A DNA stretch of 64,000 bases from an uncultured delta proteobacterium (GTDB taxonomy: Bacteria > Myxococcota_A > Polyangia > Polyangiales > JAFGIB01), in NCBI GenBank assembly GCA_963778655.1, contig CAVZVA010000005.1:704001-768000 (forward strand), written 5' to 3'. Below the pieces are notes generated by a model. That model searched no databases. It had not been told where the DNA came from and saw only the letters and a list, made by a program, of their open reading frames with translations. Shown here in pieces: positions 9,439 to 27,797 of this stretch; position 1 is the first letter of the stretch; each line of letters begins with the position of its first letter. Made by a program: the position numbers and the translations under genes.

Positions 9439-10049
9439 AGTCGCGTCTGCCGCTGCTCACCGCTCTGCCCCAGCGCCCGCGCGCGCCGCTCGACCCGGCG
9501 CCGGCGCGCGTGCGCGTGGCTCAGCCGCTGATCTGCATCGCGGACGACTCGCCGCGCGCGGCGCTGTTTGCCGCGGCCATGGTACGCAGCCTGCGCGCGC
9601 GCGGCTGTGCGGCGGAGGGATTGCTCGCGACCGGCGGCGACCCGCTCGCGCGCCCAGTCCTCAGCGAAGGGGGCGCGCAGGCAGGGCGGCGCGGGCTGCA
9701 GCTCGCGGGCTCGCCCGTCGCGCTTCCCGCCGGGCTGCACGCATTCGGCGAGCCGTTGCTCGCCGCCGGCGCGAGCCGCATCTCGGTGGTCACGCAGTCG
9801 GGCCTGCCGCAGTCCGCGCTGGACGCGCTCGGCGCGGTCGCCGGGGGAACCGTGGTGCTCGCGCTGGGCTCGCCGCTAGCGCATTGCCTGCAAGGCCTGA
9901 TCACGATCGCGCTCTCTCCCAAGACTCGCGGTACCGGCGAGAGCAGCACCATCGACCTGGCGCTCGGTGTCGAGCCCGATCCGGTCGCCGCACGGATCGG
10001 CGAATGGCTCGCGGCTGCGCTCCGGGCGCCGCGACGCCGGGGCGCGTGA
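9435..10049 (+). CDS. Hypothetical protein (~204 aa)
   Basis: TTG start overlaps the trx stop (TTGA); protein-like composition (PLICIADDSPRAALFAAAMVRSLRARG...); no family recognised. Confidence 0.55.
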   Translation: MKSRLPLLTALPQRPRAPLDPAPARVRVAQPLICIADDSPRAALFAAAMVRSLRARGCAAEGLLATGGDPLARPVLSEGGAQAGRRGLQLAGSPVALPAGLHAFGEPLLAAGASRISVVTQSGLPQSALDALGAVAGGTVVLALGSPLAHCLQGLITIALSPKTRGTGESSTIDLALGVEPDPVAARIGEWLAAALRAPRRRGA

Positions 10050-10184
10050 GCGCGCCCGGCGAGCGCGCGAGATGGTTCGTATTAGAACAACCGAGAACAA
10101 CCGCTTCTTCCGCCCCAGTCAGATCCGGAACTGCACGGCCGACCGCGAGTCGGTGCCGATCTCCGACCGCCGCCCGCGCGGCCG

Positions 10185-11300
10185 CTAGTGCGGCAGCTGG
10201 CCGCCCGGCAGCGGGGCGCGCAGCACCAACTTGTCGCGCATGCCCGGGCTCAGGTGGAGGTGCAGGTCGCGATCCAGGATCACCGCTTCGGTCGGCACCG
10301 GCGCCTTCGGCAGCAGCGCCAATGCGCGCTGCGCGCCCAGCACGAACAGCGCGGTCGAGAGCGCATCGGCGTACAGCCCGGACTCGGCCAGCACTGTCAC
10401 CGAGGTGGTGTGCTCGACCGGCAGCCCCGTGTCGGTGTCGATGATGTGGTGCCAGCGCTTGCCGTTCTTGATGAAGTAGTGCTCGTAGTCGCCCGAGGTC
10501 GAAATCGAGCCGGAGGTCGCCTCCACGAAGCCGAAGTAGTCCTGGCGCCGCGGATGCTGGATGCCCACGCGCCAGGGGCGTCCCCGGCGCTTGCCGCTGA
10601 TCTGCACCTGACCGCCGCCGAACAGCATGTAGTTCGCGATGCCCGCGGCCTTGAGCACCGCGCCGGCGCGATCGAGGGCATAGCCCTTGGCGATGCCCCC
10701 GGTGCCGATCAGCATGCCCTTCTTGAGCAGCATCACCGTGTGCGCCCGGGCATCGACCTTGATCTTGCGGTAGTCGATCAGCGGCAGCCGTGCCTTGATC
10801 TCGGCCGGATCGGGCACGCGCTCGTGCCCCGGCTCGAAGCTGTACAGCCCGCGCAGCGCAGCCCACGACAGGTCGAAGGCGCCGTGACTGAAGCGCGAGA
10901 CGGCCAGCCCCGCCTGTACCACCGCCAGCGTGTCGTCGCTCACCTTCACCGCGTGCTCTCCGGCCGAGGCGTTGATGCGCGAGATCTCGCTGTCGGGAAG
11001 CCACTCCGACAGCACCCCCTCGAGCCGTTTCATCTCGTCGAGCGCCGCCGACACGGCCGGCGCGGCCTTGGCCTCGGGCTCGCCCACCACGGTGATGCTG
11101 ATGATCGTGCCCATCATCTCGCGGGTCTGCTTGTAGACCGCTTCCTCGGGCTGCTCGGCCGGCGCGGCGGGCGCGGGGGCGGCGGCAGGCGCCGGGGCGG
11201 GGGCCCGCGCCGCGCCGGGTCCGTGCGCCGCTGGCTCGCTTGCGCCGGAGCGACAGGCGCTCGCCAGGCACGCCAGAGCGATTGCGGCCGCAGCTCTCAT
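10185..11300 (-). CDS. apbE: FAD:protein FMN transferase ApbE (lipoprotein)
   Basis: MMGTIISIT, SEISRIN, SHGAFDLS, GGIAKGYALD, ISTSGDYEHYF, HHIIDTDTGLP, ADALSTALFVLG; lipobox LASAC. Confidence 0.95.
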   Translation of the reverse strand: MRAAAAIALACLASACRSGASEPAAHGPGAARAPAPAPAAAPAPAAPAEQPEEAVYKQTREMMGTIISITVVGEPEAKAAPAVSAALDEMKRLEGVLSEWLPDSEISRINASAGEHAVKVSDDTLAVVQAGLAVSRFSHGAFDLSWAALRGLYSFEPGHERVPDPAEIKARLPLIDYRKIKVDARAHTVMLLKKGMLIGTGGIAKGYALDRAGAVLKAAGIANYMLFGGGQVQISGKRRGRPWRVGIQHPRRQDYFGFVEATSGSISTSGDYEHYFIKNGKRWHHIIDTDTGLPVEHTTSVTVLAESGLYADALSTALFVLGAQRALALLPKAPVPTEAVILDRDLHLHLSPGMRDKLVLRAPLPGGQLPH

Positions 11301-11391
11301 GACGGGCGATCATCCGCGATCGGCGGCGCCGCGGCAACGCGCTCGGCTAGCTGTGCTTGAAGCACCCGTCCGGCTATGCTCCCCTGACGCG

Positions 11392-12195
11392 ATGAGCGCG
11401 CGCACTCAGCGCCTGCGCGGCGGGCAGTCACGGCCGATCGCACGCGCGTGTGCGCTGGCGGCGCTGGCGTCGTGCGTCGCCACGCTGGTCGGACCGCCGC
11501 AGGCGCGCGCGATCGGCGCGTTGACCGCGGTGGACATCCGCGGCGTCGATTACAGCGGGGGCTCGCCCGCGCCGCGGCCCACGGCGGCACAGAGGCTGGC
11601 CTGGGAAGTGCGGCAGCGCACCAGCGTGGAGACTCGGCTGGAGCCGACGCGCGTGCGCCTCGACGATCCGCACCTCTTCGACAAGCCGCTGGTCTACTTC
11701 GCCGGCGACCGTGCCTTTCCGCCGCTGTCGGAGGCTGAGGTCACCGGCCTCAAGCGCTTCGTCGAGTTTGGGGGCTTCGTGCTGATCGACGACGCGGCGC
11801 CCGAGCAGGGCGGCTTCGACGCCTCGATCCGCCGCGATCTGGCTCGCGCCTTTGGCCCGGGGGCGTTGGTCCGATTGCCTTCGACTCACACCATCTACCG
11901 CTCGTTCTACCTGCTCGACCGGCCGATTGGACGCGTGGAAGGCCCGGACTACCTGGAGGCGGTGATGCACGGCGACCGGGCCGCGGTGATCTATTCGCGC
12001 CACGACCTCGGCGGCGCGTGGGATCGCGACAATCTGGGCAACTACCTGCACTCGGTGGAGCCCGGAGGGGAGGCCCAGCGCGAGACCGCGGTGCGGCTGG
12101 GCGTAAACCTGGTGTTGTACGCGCTCTGCCTGGACTACAAGGACGACCAGGTCCACGCGCCCTTCATCATGCGCAGGCGAGCCGGGCAGCGGTAA
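11392..12195 (+). CDS. DUF4159 domain protein, exported
   Basis: Signal-like N-terminus ending ARA; PLVYFAGDRAFPPLSEAEVTGLKRFVEFGGFVLIDD, HTIYRSFYLL, VIYSRHDLGGAW, AVRLGVNLVLYALCLDYKDDQVH. Confidence 0.85.
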   Translation: MSARTQRLRGGQSRPIARACALAALASCVATLVGPPQARAIGALTAVDIRGVDYSGGSPAPRPTAAQRLAWEVRQRTSVETRLEPTRVRLDDPHLFDKPLVYFAGDRAFPPLSEAEVTGLKRFVEFGGFVLIDDAAPEQGGFDASIRRDLARAFGPGALVRLPSTHTIYRSFYLLDRPIGRVEGPDYLEAVMHGDRAAVIYSRHDLGGAWDRDNLGNYLHSVEPGGEAQRETAVRLGVNLVLYALCLDYKDDQVHAPFIMRRRAGQR

Positions 12196-12198
12196 CAG

Positions 12199-14418
12199 AT
12201 GGCACGTTGGGCCGCTTCGAGCCTCAGGTTCGGCACCCCCGGTGGGCCGTGGGTCAGCGCGCTGTTGATCGTGGCGTTCGGCGTCGTGTTGCTGCTCGGG
12301 ATTCGGCAGGCCGCGCGCTTGCCGCCGGGCAACCGGCGCCTGCTCGCGATGGCGTTGCGCGTGGCGACCGCGCTCGCGGCGATGATGTTCGCCCTGCAGC
12401 CTCAGTGGATCGCCGAGCGCGTGAAGAGCGTGCCGGGGCGGCTCGCAGTGCTGGTCGACGCTTCCCGTAGCATGTCGGTGCGCGACGCCGCCCCGAGCCG
12501 CGCCAAGGACGCGCTCGACATGCTGAAGCGCTTTCGCGCGGAGAGCAAGCTGCCCTTCGATCTGTACACGTTCGGCGGCGATGCGCACGCCGTCAAGCTC
12601 GACGATCTGGACGTGCGCGCGCTCGGGCGCGAAGACGACACGCGCATCGGCCGGGCGGTTGAGCGCGTGGCGGCCGAGGGTGGAGAGGATCTCGGTGCGA
12701 TCGTGCTGCTCTCCGACGGTGCCGACCTCTCGCCGGGGTTTTCGCCGCAGCAGCTCAAGCGACTGGGCGTGCGCGTACACGCCGTGGCCCTCGGCGGACA
12801 GCGCGAGCTGATCGACGACGCGATCCTGTCGGTGAAGGCGGACCGGGTCGCCTTCCTGCGCCAGGCGGCCCAGGTCGAGGTGACCGTGCGCTCGACCCGG
12901 CGCGAGCCGCTGGTCGTCACCCTGCGCCAGGCCGGCCAGCTGGTGGCGGAGGAAACCGCGCAGCTCGATGACCAGGGCATGGGCAAGGTGGTGCTGCCGT
13001 TCACGCCGTCTCACCTCGGACGCGCGGTGTACACGCTCTCGCTGCCGCTGGCCGCAGGCGACGTCGTGCCCGAGAACAACGAGCGCGCGTTCCTGGTGCG
13101 CGTGACCCGGGACAAGCTTCGCGTGCTGCTGCTGTGTGGCGCGCCGACCTGGGACACGCGCTTCCTGCGCGCCTTCCTCAAGGCCGATCCGGCGATCGAT
13201 CTGATCACCTTCTTCATCCTGCGGACCAGCAGCGACCTGACCATGGCCTCGCCCGAAGAGCTGTCGTTGATCCCCTTTCCCACCGACGAGCTGTTCCGGG
13301 AGCACCTGGACAGCTTCGACCTGGTGATCTTCCAGGACTTCAACTATGGCCCCTACCAGGTGGCGGGTTACTTGCCGCGCATCCGCGACTACGTGCTCAA
13401 GGGCGGCGCCTTCGCGATGATCGGCGGCGATCGCTCGTTCGGCGCGGGCGGCTACGAGCACACGCCGATCGCAGACATCCTGCCGGTGCGGATGGCGCCC
13501 GGCGCGGCCTCGGTGCTGGAAAGCGAGCTCCAGCCAGTGGTGGTGCCGAGCATGGCGCGCCATCCCATCGTCGAGCTGGTCCCCGATCCCGCGCAGAACC
13601 TCAAGACCTGGTCCGAGCTGGCGCCGCTGCTGGGCGCCAACCGCCTGCTCGGCGTGCGCGAGGGTAGCTATGCGCTGCTGGTCCACCCCACCGAAAAGGA
13701 CGCCCAGGGGCAGCCGATGCCGCTGCTCGCGGTCGGCTCGGCCGGCCAGGGACGGGTGCTCGCGCTGGGCGTCGACAGCAGCTGGCGCTGGAGCCTGACC
13801 ACCGCCGGACGTCGCGGCGACGCCTCCGCCTACGAGCGCTTCTGGGACCGCGCGCTACGCTGGCTGTCGCGCGACCCGCTGCTCGATCCGGCGGACGTCC
13901 AGAGCGACAAGGAGCGCTACGGGCCCGGGGCACGCTTGCACGCGCGCATGCGCCTGCGCGACGAGCGCTACCAGCCGCTCGCCGATCACGCGTTCGAGCT
14001 GCTTGTGCTCGACCTTGCAGGCAAGGTGCAGAGCAAACAGGCGATCCACAGCGACGAGGACGGGCGTGCCGAAGCCGACGCCAGCGTGCCGACGGCGCCG
14101 GGCGCGTACCGCATCGCGGTGCGCGAGCCGAAGAGCCAAGCGATTCTTGCCGAGCAGGGCTTCGTGGTCGAAGCCGGCGGCGACGAGCTGGCCGATCCCA
14201 GGCCGCGCCCGGAGCTGCTGCGCGCGGTGGCGGCGGCGACCGGCGGCGGATTCTATCGCGAGGCGGATGCGCCGCGGATCGACGCCCTCGATCGCACGCG
14301 CGCTCGCTCGCTTGGCACCGTCGTGTATGCGCCTTTCGCCTCCGCCTGGTTCTTCGTGCTGCTGATCGCGGCCTTCGGCGTGGAGTGGGCGCTGCGCCGC
14401 AGCTGGGGCCTGCGCTGA
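12199..14418 (+). CDS. Membrane protein with VWA-like and glutamine-amidotransferase-like (GATase1_like) domains
   Basis: Two N-terminal TMs, VLVDASRSM (MIDAS), LLSDG, ENNERAF, RVLLLCGAPTWDTRFLR, ELSLIPFPTDELF, GGAFAMIGGDRSFGAGGY, C-terminal TM plus EWALRR. Confidence 0.85.
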   Translation: MARWAASSLRFGTPGGPWVSALLIVAFGVVLLLGIRQAARLPPGNRRLLAMALRVATALAAMMFALQPQWIAERVKSVPGRLAVLVDASRSMSVRDAAPSRAKDALDMLKRFRAESKLPFDLYTFGGDAHAVKLDDLDVRALGREDDTRIGRAVERVAAEGGEDLGAIVLLSDGADLSPGFSPQQLKRLGVRVHAVALGGQRELIDDAILSVKADRVAFLRQAAQVEVTVRSTRREPLVVTLRQAGQLVAEETAQLDDQGMGKVVLPFTPSHLGRAVYTLSLPLAAGDVVPENNERAFLVRVTRDKLRVLLLCGAPTWDTRFLRAFLKADPAIDLITFFILRTSSDLTMASPEELSLIPFPTDELFREHLDSFDLVIFQDFNYGPYQVAGYLPRIRDYVLKGGAFAMIGGDRSFGAGGYEHTPIADILPVRMAPGAASVLESELQPVVVPSMARHPIVELVPDPAQNLKTWSELAPLLGANRLLGVREGSYALLVHPTEKDAQGQPMPLLAVGSAGQGRVLALGVDSSWRWSLTTAGRRGDASAYERFWDRALRWLSRDPLLDPADVQSDKERYGPGARLHARMRLRDERYQPLADHAFELLVLDLAGKVQSKQAIHSDEDGRAEADASVPTAPGAYRIAVREPKSQAILAEQGFVVEAGGDELADPRPRPELLRAVAAATGGGFYREADAPRIDALDRTRARSLGTVVYAPFASAWFFVLLIAAFGVEWALRRSWGLR

Positions 14419-14464
14419 TCGGCGCGCGCGCCGCCCGCGGCGGCGGAGCCCTGAGGCGCGCGTC

Positions 14465-15241
14465 TTACATGCCCGGGCAGACGTCCGAGAGCCCGCGTTT
14501 CAGGGTGACGTTGAACGCGCCGGTGACGGTTTCGATGTTGGTGTTGCTGCCGCCGCACGGCGTGAGCTCGAGATCGAAGCGCGCCTGAAGGTTGGTGCGG
14601 ATCTGGACATCGGGTTGTGTCGTGAAGTCGAGCGTGCCGTTGGCGTCTTTGCAGGTTCCCCAGACGCCGTTGGGACTGACGTCCGCGGGACGGGTGTAGG
14701 TGATCGGAATGCCGTCGGCCTCTGGGTTGGGCATGATGGGGTTCTGGCCGAGTCGGATCGTCGGGTCGGAGGCCGTGATCGCGGCCGCGTCGAACTTGAA
14801 GGTCAGCTCGTGCCCGCCGCCTTCGGGGCAGTTGCCGTTGGACATCACGACCACGATCGCGGGATGGTCACAGCTCGCGGTCCAGGCGGCCACCACGCGC
14901 GAGACTGCGAAGTCCTTGGGCGTGACGATGGCGTTGAAGAAACCGCCGTTGGCCATGTCCTCGCCGGTGAGCATGGTGGGAGTCACCTCCTGGCACTCAC
15001 CGGGCAGCACGTTGAGATCGGGGATCCCGGCGTCTTCCGCCGGGGCTGGGGCGCCCGCGTCCTCGTCGGGGCTGCCCGTGCTGGCGTCCTGCTTGGCGCC
15101 GCCGCCGCCTCCGACGCTGTTGATCGCGTGACCGCCGCCCCCCGCCGGCGGAGCAGAGCTGGTCTTCTTCTGGCAGCCCAGGCTCGACACCAGCAGGGCG
15201 GCGCTCAGAGCTCGCGCGAGCGCGACCGTCCGACCAGCCAT
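14465..15241 (-). CDS. Hypothetical Cys-containing lipoprotein
   Basis: MAGRTVALARALSAALLVSSLG-C lipobox, G/DAG-rich linker, then a globular region with several Cys; TATGCT 6 nt upstream supports the start at 15241. Confidence 0.75.
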   Translation of the reverse strand: MAGRTVALARALSAALLVSSLGCQKKTSSAPPAGGGGHAINSVGGGGGAKQDASTGSPDEDAGAPAPAEDAGIPDLNVLPGECQEVTPTMLTGEDMANGGFFNAIVTPKDFAVSRVVAAWTASCDHPAIVVVMSNGNCPEGGGHELTFKFDAAAITASDPTIRLGQNPIMPNPEADGIPITYTRPADVSPNGVWGTCKDANGTLDFTTQPDVQIRTNLQARFDLELTPCGGSNTNIETVTGAFNVTLKRGLSDVCPGM

Positions 15242-15362
15242 GCCGCTAGCATAGCCGAAATGCCGCCGCGGGGCGATGTTGCGTCGCGCGCGCGCGCTGC
15301 CTCCAGCGGCGAATGCGCTATGCTCCCGGTCCCCGCGCGGGCGGCGTGCGGAACCCCTCTCC

Positions 15363-20762
<5,400 letters not shown>

Positions 20763-21837
20763 CGCGCGTCGTGCGGCCCCGCACTGGCTTCCGGGTGGTA
20801 CTGCACGCTGAAGGCCGCTGCGCCGGTGTGACGGATGCCCTCGCACGTTCCGTCGTTGAGGTGCAGGTGGGTGAGCTCGCACTTGCCGGCGAGCGACTTC
20901 TCGTCGACGCAGAAGCCGTGGTTCTGGGTAGTGATCTCGATCCGCCCGGTGGCCAGGTCCTTGACCGGCTGGTTGAGGCCGCGGTGGCCGAACTTGAGCT
21001 TGTAGGTCTTGCCGCCCAACGCCAAGCACAGGATCTGATGCCCGAGACAGATGCCGAAGATGGGACGCTTGCCGATCAGCGCGCCCACCGTCTCGATGCC
21101 GTGCGCCACCGCCGCCGGATCGCCCGGGCCGTTGGACAGGAACACCCCGTCGGGATCCATCGCCAGCACCTGCTCCGCGCTGGTCGTGGCCGGCACCACC
21201 GTGACCCTGCACCCCGCATCGACCAGGCAGCGCAGGATGTTGAGCTTGATCCCGAAGTCGATCGCGACCACGTGCCAGCGCGCCGGCAGCGCGGGCTGCA
21301 AGCCCCACTCGCCCGAGGCCTCGCTCCAGGCGAGCACGCGCGCGGTGGTGACCTCTAGCGTGAGGTCCCGCCCGGTCATCGAGGGCGCTTCCCGTGCGAG
21401 CGCGAGCAGCGCCCCCGCACCCGTGGTGCCGAGCGCCGCCATCTGCGCGCCGTGGTCCCGCAGGTGGCGCGTCACCGCGCGCGTGTCCAGGCCGAAAATG
21501 CCCACGATGCCGTGCTGCTTGAGATACGCGTCGAGCGTCGCCTGCGAGCGCCAGTTGCTTGCGAGCGGCGACAGCGCGTGCACCGCGAAGCCGGCCAGAC
21601 GCGGCCGCTCGGCCTCGCGATCCTGGTGGTTGACGCCCGTGTTGCCCATTTGCGGCGCCGTCATGGTGACGATCTGCCCGCAGTACGAGGGATCGGTCAG
21701 CACCTCCTGATAGCCGGTCATACCGGTGGTGAAGACCGCCTCGCCCACGCTGGTTCCGGGGGCGCCCATGGCCCAGCCCTCGAACACGCTGCCGTCGGCC
21801 AGGACCAGGTGCGCGGGTTGGCGTGACTCGCCGTGAT

Positions 21838-23121
<1,284 letters not shown>

Positions 23122-23129
23122 GGAACCGG

Positions 23130-23158
23130 CGAGTACGCGAGCGCGCCGCAGCTGTCAA
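23130..23158 (-). promoter_or_regulatory. Putative sigma70-type promoter of pyrC-carA
   Basis: Minus strand TTGACA-17 bp-TACTCG, 8 nt before the ATG; the -10 element is weak. Confidence 0.45.
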
Positions 23159-23211
23159 TGGGCCCGCGCGCTGGGCGCGGGCCACGGTGTGCGAGCCGCG
23201 CTGGGCTCGGC

Positions 23212-23475
23212 TCAGACGGCGGTCGCCAGATCGTCGGCCACCACCTCAGGCTTGTCCGGGGCCTCGACGGTCCCGACCGAGGATTCCTGCGGGGCAGGGC
23301 GCGGCTTGCCGCGCTCGGTGTGCACCTTGGCCTTCATGGCCATGACCTTGCGGCACAGGGAGGCGAACTCCTTGTGACGCGTGGCCATCGTGGGCGTGCC
23401 ACCCCGGAGCAGGGTTTGCACGATGAACTCCAGAACCTGAATCTCGCCTTCGGAGAAGCTGTTGCTGATCCTCAT
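23212..23475 (-). CDS. Small hypothetical protein (87 aa)
   Basis: MRISNSFSEGEIQVLEFIVQTLLRGGTPTMATRHKEFASLCRKVMAMKAK...; non-shadow composition; promoter-like element directly upstream. Confidence 0.75.
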   Translation of the reverse strand: MRISNSFSEGEIQVLEFIVQTLLRGGTPTMATRHKEFASLCRKVMAMKAKVHTERGKPRPAPQESSVGTVEAPDKPEVVADDLATAV

Positions 23476-23482
23476 GCGCGTG

Positions 23483-23511
23483 ACCTTAGCAGGCGATCTG
23501 AGGCGCGACAA
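23483..23511 (-). promoter_or_regulatory. Putative leaderless promoter of the 87-aa gene
   Basis: Minus strand TTGTCG-17 bp-(TGc)TAAGGT, 7 nt before the ATG, no SD. Confidence 0.5.
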
Positions 23512-23782
23512 TGGCTGACGAGCAGTGTAGTGTCACCGAATGTCACTCAAATCCGCAATTTCAGCGGCTAACTACTTGAAATCAAGAAATAGATCTTGGT
23601 CAGATCGATCGACGATCTGATGCCGATCGCCTGGACGATCTGCCCCCGATCGGGCGCACCGGCCTTGCGGCGATCGCCGAGCCCCGAGGGCGATCGGAAA
23701 ACGCGCGCGATCGCGCCGCAGCCGGCCCGGCGCCGGGCCGGCAATGGCCGGCTCGATCAGCGGCTCCCGGGCGCTTCTTGAG

Positions 23783-25492
<1,710 letters not shown>

Positions 25493-25836
25493 CCTACCTC
25501 AAGAGCGATTTTCCAATGGAAAACGCGTAAGTCGCAAGCACCACGTTGCGGAGATTCAGGGTCCGTGAAGGGGGTGATGCTTGTCAAGCGCCAACGGCAC
25601 CGTCCGTTGTGGTCACAATTGGCGTGCGCATCGGAAACCCGGTGCCATTGCTGGAGTCGGACGCCGTCCTGCATGCGCACCTGGTGTGCCGCAGCGCACC
25701 CGTCCGCGGCGGCCGCGGTATCATCCAGTCGCGGTCGCCGCCCGGTGGCGCGCGCAAGCGCCGCGGGTGCGTAGCAGCGCCCCCAAGCGCGGCATTTCGT
25801 GCGAGCCTGCGCGCGAGCCGTCTGCTTGCCGCCTCG

Positions 25837-26868
25837 ATGCCTTCGCTGTCTCGCGTCCTGCTGATCGACCTGCTGCGCCTGGTGGCCGCGTTCCAGATGG
25901 TCGAGGGCCATACCATCGACGCGGTGCTGTCGGCGGACTTCCGCCACGGCGGAATCCATCGCGGTTGGTTGGCCATGCGTGGATTGACGTCGATCGCGTT
26001 CCTGTTCGTGGCGGGTCTGGCCTTTCAGCTCTCCACCTTGCGCGACCTCGAGCGCCACCTTCGCAACCGCGCGGCCGTCGCTGGCCGCTTTCGGCGCGCG
26101 GCCACGCTCGTGCTGCTCGGTTATCTGCTGCGCCTGCCGCTGCCGGCCGCCGTCTTCGGCGACTCGGCCAGCTGGGCGGACACGCTGCGCAACGGGGCGG
26201 CGGTGGACATCCTGCAGTGCATCGGGGTGTCGCTCGCGCTGCTGGAAGGGCTGGCGCTCGCGCTGCCCAGCGCAGCCGCGGTCGAGCGCACCAGCGGCCT
26301 GCTCGGCGCCGCCGTGCTCGCCCTTGCGCCGCAGCTGACGCGGATCGATCCGCACGGTCCCTGGCTGCTCGGGCTCGACTACCTCAGCCCGCGCGCGGGC
26401 TCGCTGTTCCCGCTGTTTCCGTGGTCGGCGCACATGCTGCTGGGCGTCGCGCTGGCGCGGCCGTTGCTGGCGCGGCCGCGGCCCTGGCCGCGGCTACTGG
26501 CCGCGGCGGCCGTGGCGCTGGCGCTTTCGTGGGCGCTGGGCCGGGCCGGGATCCCGTTGCTGTGCGATCATGTGGGCAGGCTGGGCTTCGTGCTGGTTGG
26601 AGCGGGCTTGTTGAGCCTGCTGGAACCCGCGGCGCGCGGCTGGCCGCCGTGGTTGTGGCGCCTGTCGGGCGAGACGCTCGTCATCTACGTGTTCCACGTG
26701 GTGCTGGTCTACGGGCGCGGCGCCGGGCTGGGCGCGCTGATCGGTCGCTCGCTCGGGCCCGGCGCGGCAATCGCGCTGGCGTGCGGCATGATCGTGTTGA
26801 GCTTCGCCTTTGCCGACTTCTACCAGCGGGTTTCGGCGGGCCTTGCCCGCAGCACGGCGACGGGCTAA
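25837..26868 (+). CDS. DUF1624 / heparan-alpha-glucosaminide N-acetyltransferase-like membrane protein
   Basis: RVLLIDLLRLVAAFQMVEGH, FLFVAG, VDILQCIG, LFPLFPW, TLVIYVFH; multiple TMs. Confidence 0.8.
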   Translation: MPSLSRVLLIDLLRLVAAFQMVEGHTIDAVLSADFRHGGIHRGWLAMRGLTSIAFLFVAGLAFQLSTLRDLERHLRNRAAVAGRFRRAATLVLLGYLLRLPLPAAVFGDSASWADTLRNGAAVDILQCIGVSLALLEGLALALPSAAAVERTSGLLGAAVLALAPQLTRIDPHGPWLLGLDYLSPRAGSLFPLFPWSAHMLLGVALARPLLARPRPWPRLLAAAAVALALSWALGRAGIPLLCDHVGRLGFVLVGAGLLSLLEPAARGWPPWLWRLSGETLVIYVFHVVLVYGRGAGLGALIGRSLGPGAAIALACGMIVLSFAFADFYQRVSAGLARSTATG

Positions 26869-26878
26869 TTGCCGGCCC

Positions 26879-27760
26879 GTGGCATCGTCCAAGCAACGCC
26901 CGCGCCTGCCCACGGATTTGAGCGCGGCGCTCGAGCAGCAGGAGACGCCGCAGCTCAAGTGGAAGTCGCTGCTGCAGATCGGCGGGGCGATCGCGGTGCT
27001 GTGGGTCACCGCCTTCATCCTGGTGCCGTTCGTGGGCTACTGGGGCGTGGGGGTGGTCGCCGTGCTGACCAGCGTGGCGATCGGCTTCGGCATCTACGTG
27101 TGGCGCTTGACCTCGCGCTCGCGCGCCATCCTCGACATCATGAAGCAGGCCACCGACGAGGGGGGCCGGCAGCGCGCGCTCGAGGCGCTCTCGGGCGAGG
27201 GCCAGAAGGACGCGATGAAGGCGCTGGCCCGCTCACAGTTGCTGGCGCAGACCGATCCGCTCGAAGCGCAGAAGGTGCTGGAGGCGGTCGACATCAAGAA
27301 GGCGCCGACGGTGCTGCAGGACGACTTGCGTGCGCAGCTCGCGATGCTCTACCTGCGTAACGGACGCACGCGGGAGGCGCGTACGCTGACCGACGAGATC
27401 CGGCTCGACCGGCGGCCGGACGCCAAGAGCAAAGGGCTGTACGCGGCGGTGATGGCCGAGGCGCTGGCGCGCACCGGAAGCGGCGACGAAGCGCGCAAGC
27501 TACTCGAGACCTATAAGCCAGAGGAGAGCGAGCACGACGAGGTGCGGGTGATGCTGCTGCGCTCGCAGGTCTACACCTTCGTGGCGCTCAAGAAGCGCGG
27601 GCTGGCCAAGCGCGCGATGGATGCGCTGTGCGAGGTGGAGCCCAACCTGCTCGGCTCGTTTCTGCTCAAGGGTAGTCAGCCGGAGATCGCCAAGCTCGCG
27701 CGCCAGGCGCTGGCCGAGAGCGGTGCCGCCCCGAAGATGAAGATCAAGAGGATGCCGTAA
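26879..27760 (+). CDS. Hypothetical membrane protein with TPR-like helical domain
   Basis: GTG start; two TMs (IGGAIAVLWVTAFILVPFVGYWGVGVVAVLTSVAIGFGIYVW) followed by helical repeats. Confidence 0.75.
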   Translation: MASSKQRPRLPTDLSAALEQQETPQLKWKSLLQIGGAIAVLWVTAFILVPFVGYWGVGVVAVLTSVAIGFGIYVWRLTSRSRAILDIMKQATDEGGRQRALEALSGEGQKDAMKALARSQLLAQTDPLEAQKVLEAVDIKKAPTVLQDDLRAQLAMLYLRNGRTREARTLTDEIRLDRRPDAKSKGLYAAVMAEALARTGSGDEARKLLETYKPEESEHDEVRVMLLRSQVYTFVALKKRGLAKRAMDALCEVEPNLLGSFLLKGSQPEIAKLARQALAESGAAPKMKIKRMP

Positions 27761-27797
27761 CCGAGGCGTCACCTCGGAGACACGAGACATCCTCCCC

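Noticed and set aside
10084..10103. AGAACAACCG direct repeat as a LexA box, and nearby GAGTCGGTGC as a tracrRNA-like end
   Set aside because: Spacing does not fit LexA boxes I know, it lies between convergent genes, and there is no cas9; likely chance.
23512..23782. Replication origin (oriC)
   Set aside because: GATC-rich with an AT patch, but no TTATCCACA-like boxes and no dnaA/dnaN/gidA nearby.
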